47,387 nt of DNA, from the NCBI GenBank assembly GCA_051942245.1, contig JAVECL010000130.1, positions 1-47,387 of the forward strand, written 5' to 3'. This DNA is from Trypethelium eluteriae (lineage: Eukaryota). This document shows positions 46,881 through 47,387 of this stretch, in pieces (within the stretch, counting starts at the first letter, position 1; every line of letters starts with the position of its first letter). Position numbers and translations under genes: made by a program. Below the pieces are notes generated by a model. That model saw nothing but the letters and a program-made list of their open reading frames with translations. It ran no database searches and was not told the DNA's origin.

Positions 46881-47387
46881 ATGGCGAGGGCGAGCTCTAT
46901 CACTGATACACAGCAACAGCTGGACCCGACGGCTATAAACCTCAGCCGTCTTCTGTCGCGACTTGAACAAAATTTACTGTCTCCAGAGGCCGAGAATCGT
47001 TACCATTCGAGCTATGAGCGAGCAAAAGTTGGCGCTGTAGGTAAAAGCACCCCATATCATTCGTGACTGGCATATGCCTGACTCGCTCTTCTAGAACCTT
47101 GAGTATGCCCGCACTCTTCTCCTACGGCTGGAGCACGACAGCGCAGGCCTAAAGGTCCAGTCCAAGCGACAACAACTGCAGACAGATCTGCAGACGAAGC
47201 GGGACCAAATCAAGCGCCTCAACCAACGTCTATATGAGCTGAATCAAATCGGTTCCGCAGCGGAGGAAGAAGACGAGGACTCTTCTGAAGAAGACAACGA
47301 AGACTCGCAAGATCAGACACCAACCTACGCTCCCGCAACCAAGGCCTCCTCCAGCATAGACACAGACGACACCACCCTCCTCCAACC
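46881..47387 (+). CDS. USE1: ER Q-SNARE Use1/Slt1-like protein, 3'-partial. Exons 46881-47036, 47095->47387
   Basis: Spliced N-terminus INLSRLLSRLEQNLL..SSYERAKVGA|NLEYARTLLLRLEH..LQTDLQTKRDQIKRLNQRL followed by an acidic tract; intron GTAGGT..CTAG. The SNARE and TM parts lie outside the window. Confidence 0.7.

Noticed and set aside
1..47387. CRISPR arrays, rRNA/tRNA genes, prokaryotic operons
   Set aside because: The sequence is intron-rich fungal DNA. No repeat-spacer array, cloverleaf with A/B boxes or rRNA-like segment was seen by eye; a covariance-model search was not possible.

Overview
Eukaryotic DNA from a filamentous ascomycete (Pezizomycotina): intron-containing genes with GT(A/G)NGT donors, CT(A/G)AY branch sites and YAG acceptors. 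I reconstructed exon structures by hand for 12 intact protein genes: a DYRK/Pom1-type kinase (3'-partial), a Pex29-like peroxin, INO1, a LIM-domain protein, a class I G-alpha (FadA/GNA-1 type), an APH/kinase-like protein, PSD2, DSN1/Mis13, SAM35/metaxin, a 1614-aa membrane-bound A-T-(TM/hexapeptide)x3 NRPS-like synthetase, a secreted alpha/beta-hydrolase with four WSC domains, and USE1 (3'-partial). The most interesting element is 32874-44685. There the synthetase, whose architecture matches poly(L-malate) and epsilon-poly-lysine synthetases and whose A domain is oxalyl-CoA-ligase-like, sits head-to-head with a secreted, glucan-binding serine hydrolase. Their shared 3.4 kb promoter holds at least 13 PacC-consensus sites and several Crz1-like sites. 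This is a candidate pH/Ca2+-regulated polyester synthase plus depolymerase module. Two elements are missed or only partly caught by the ORF track: a decayed OB-fold (MEIOB-like, meiotic ssDNA-binding) pseudogene at 7142-7850, and a small Cys/His-rich gene at 19032-19319 broken by one in-frame TAG. All family assignments come from motif recognition, not database searches. No rRNA, tRNA, CRISPR array or recognisable transposon was found.
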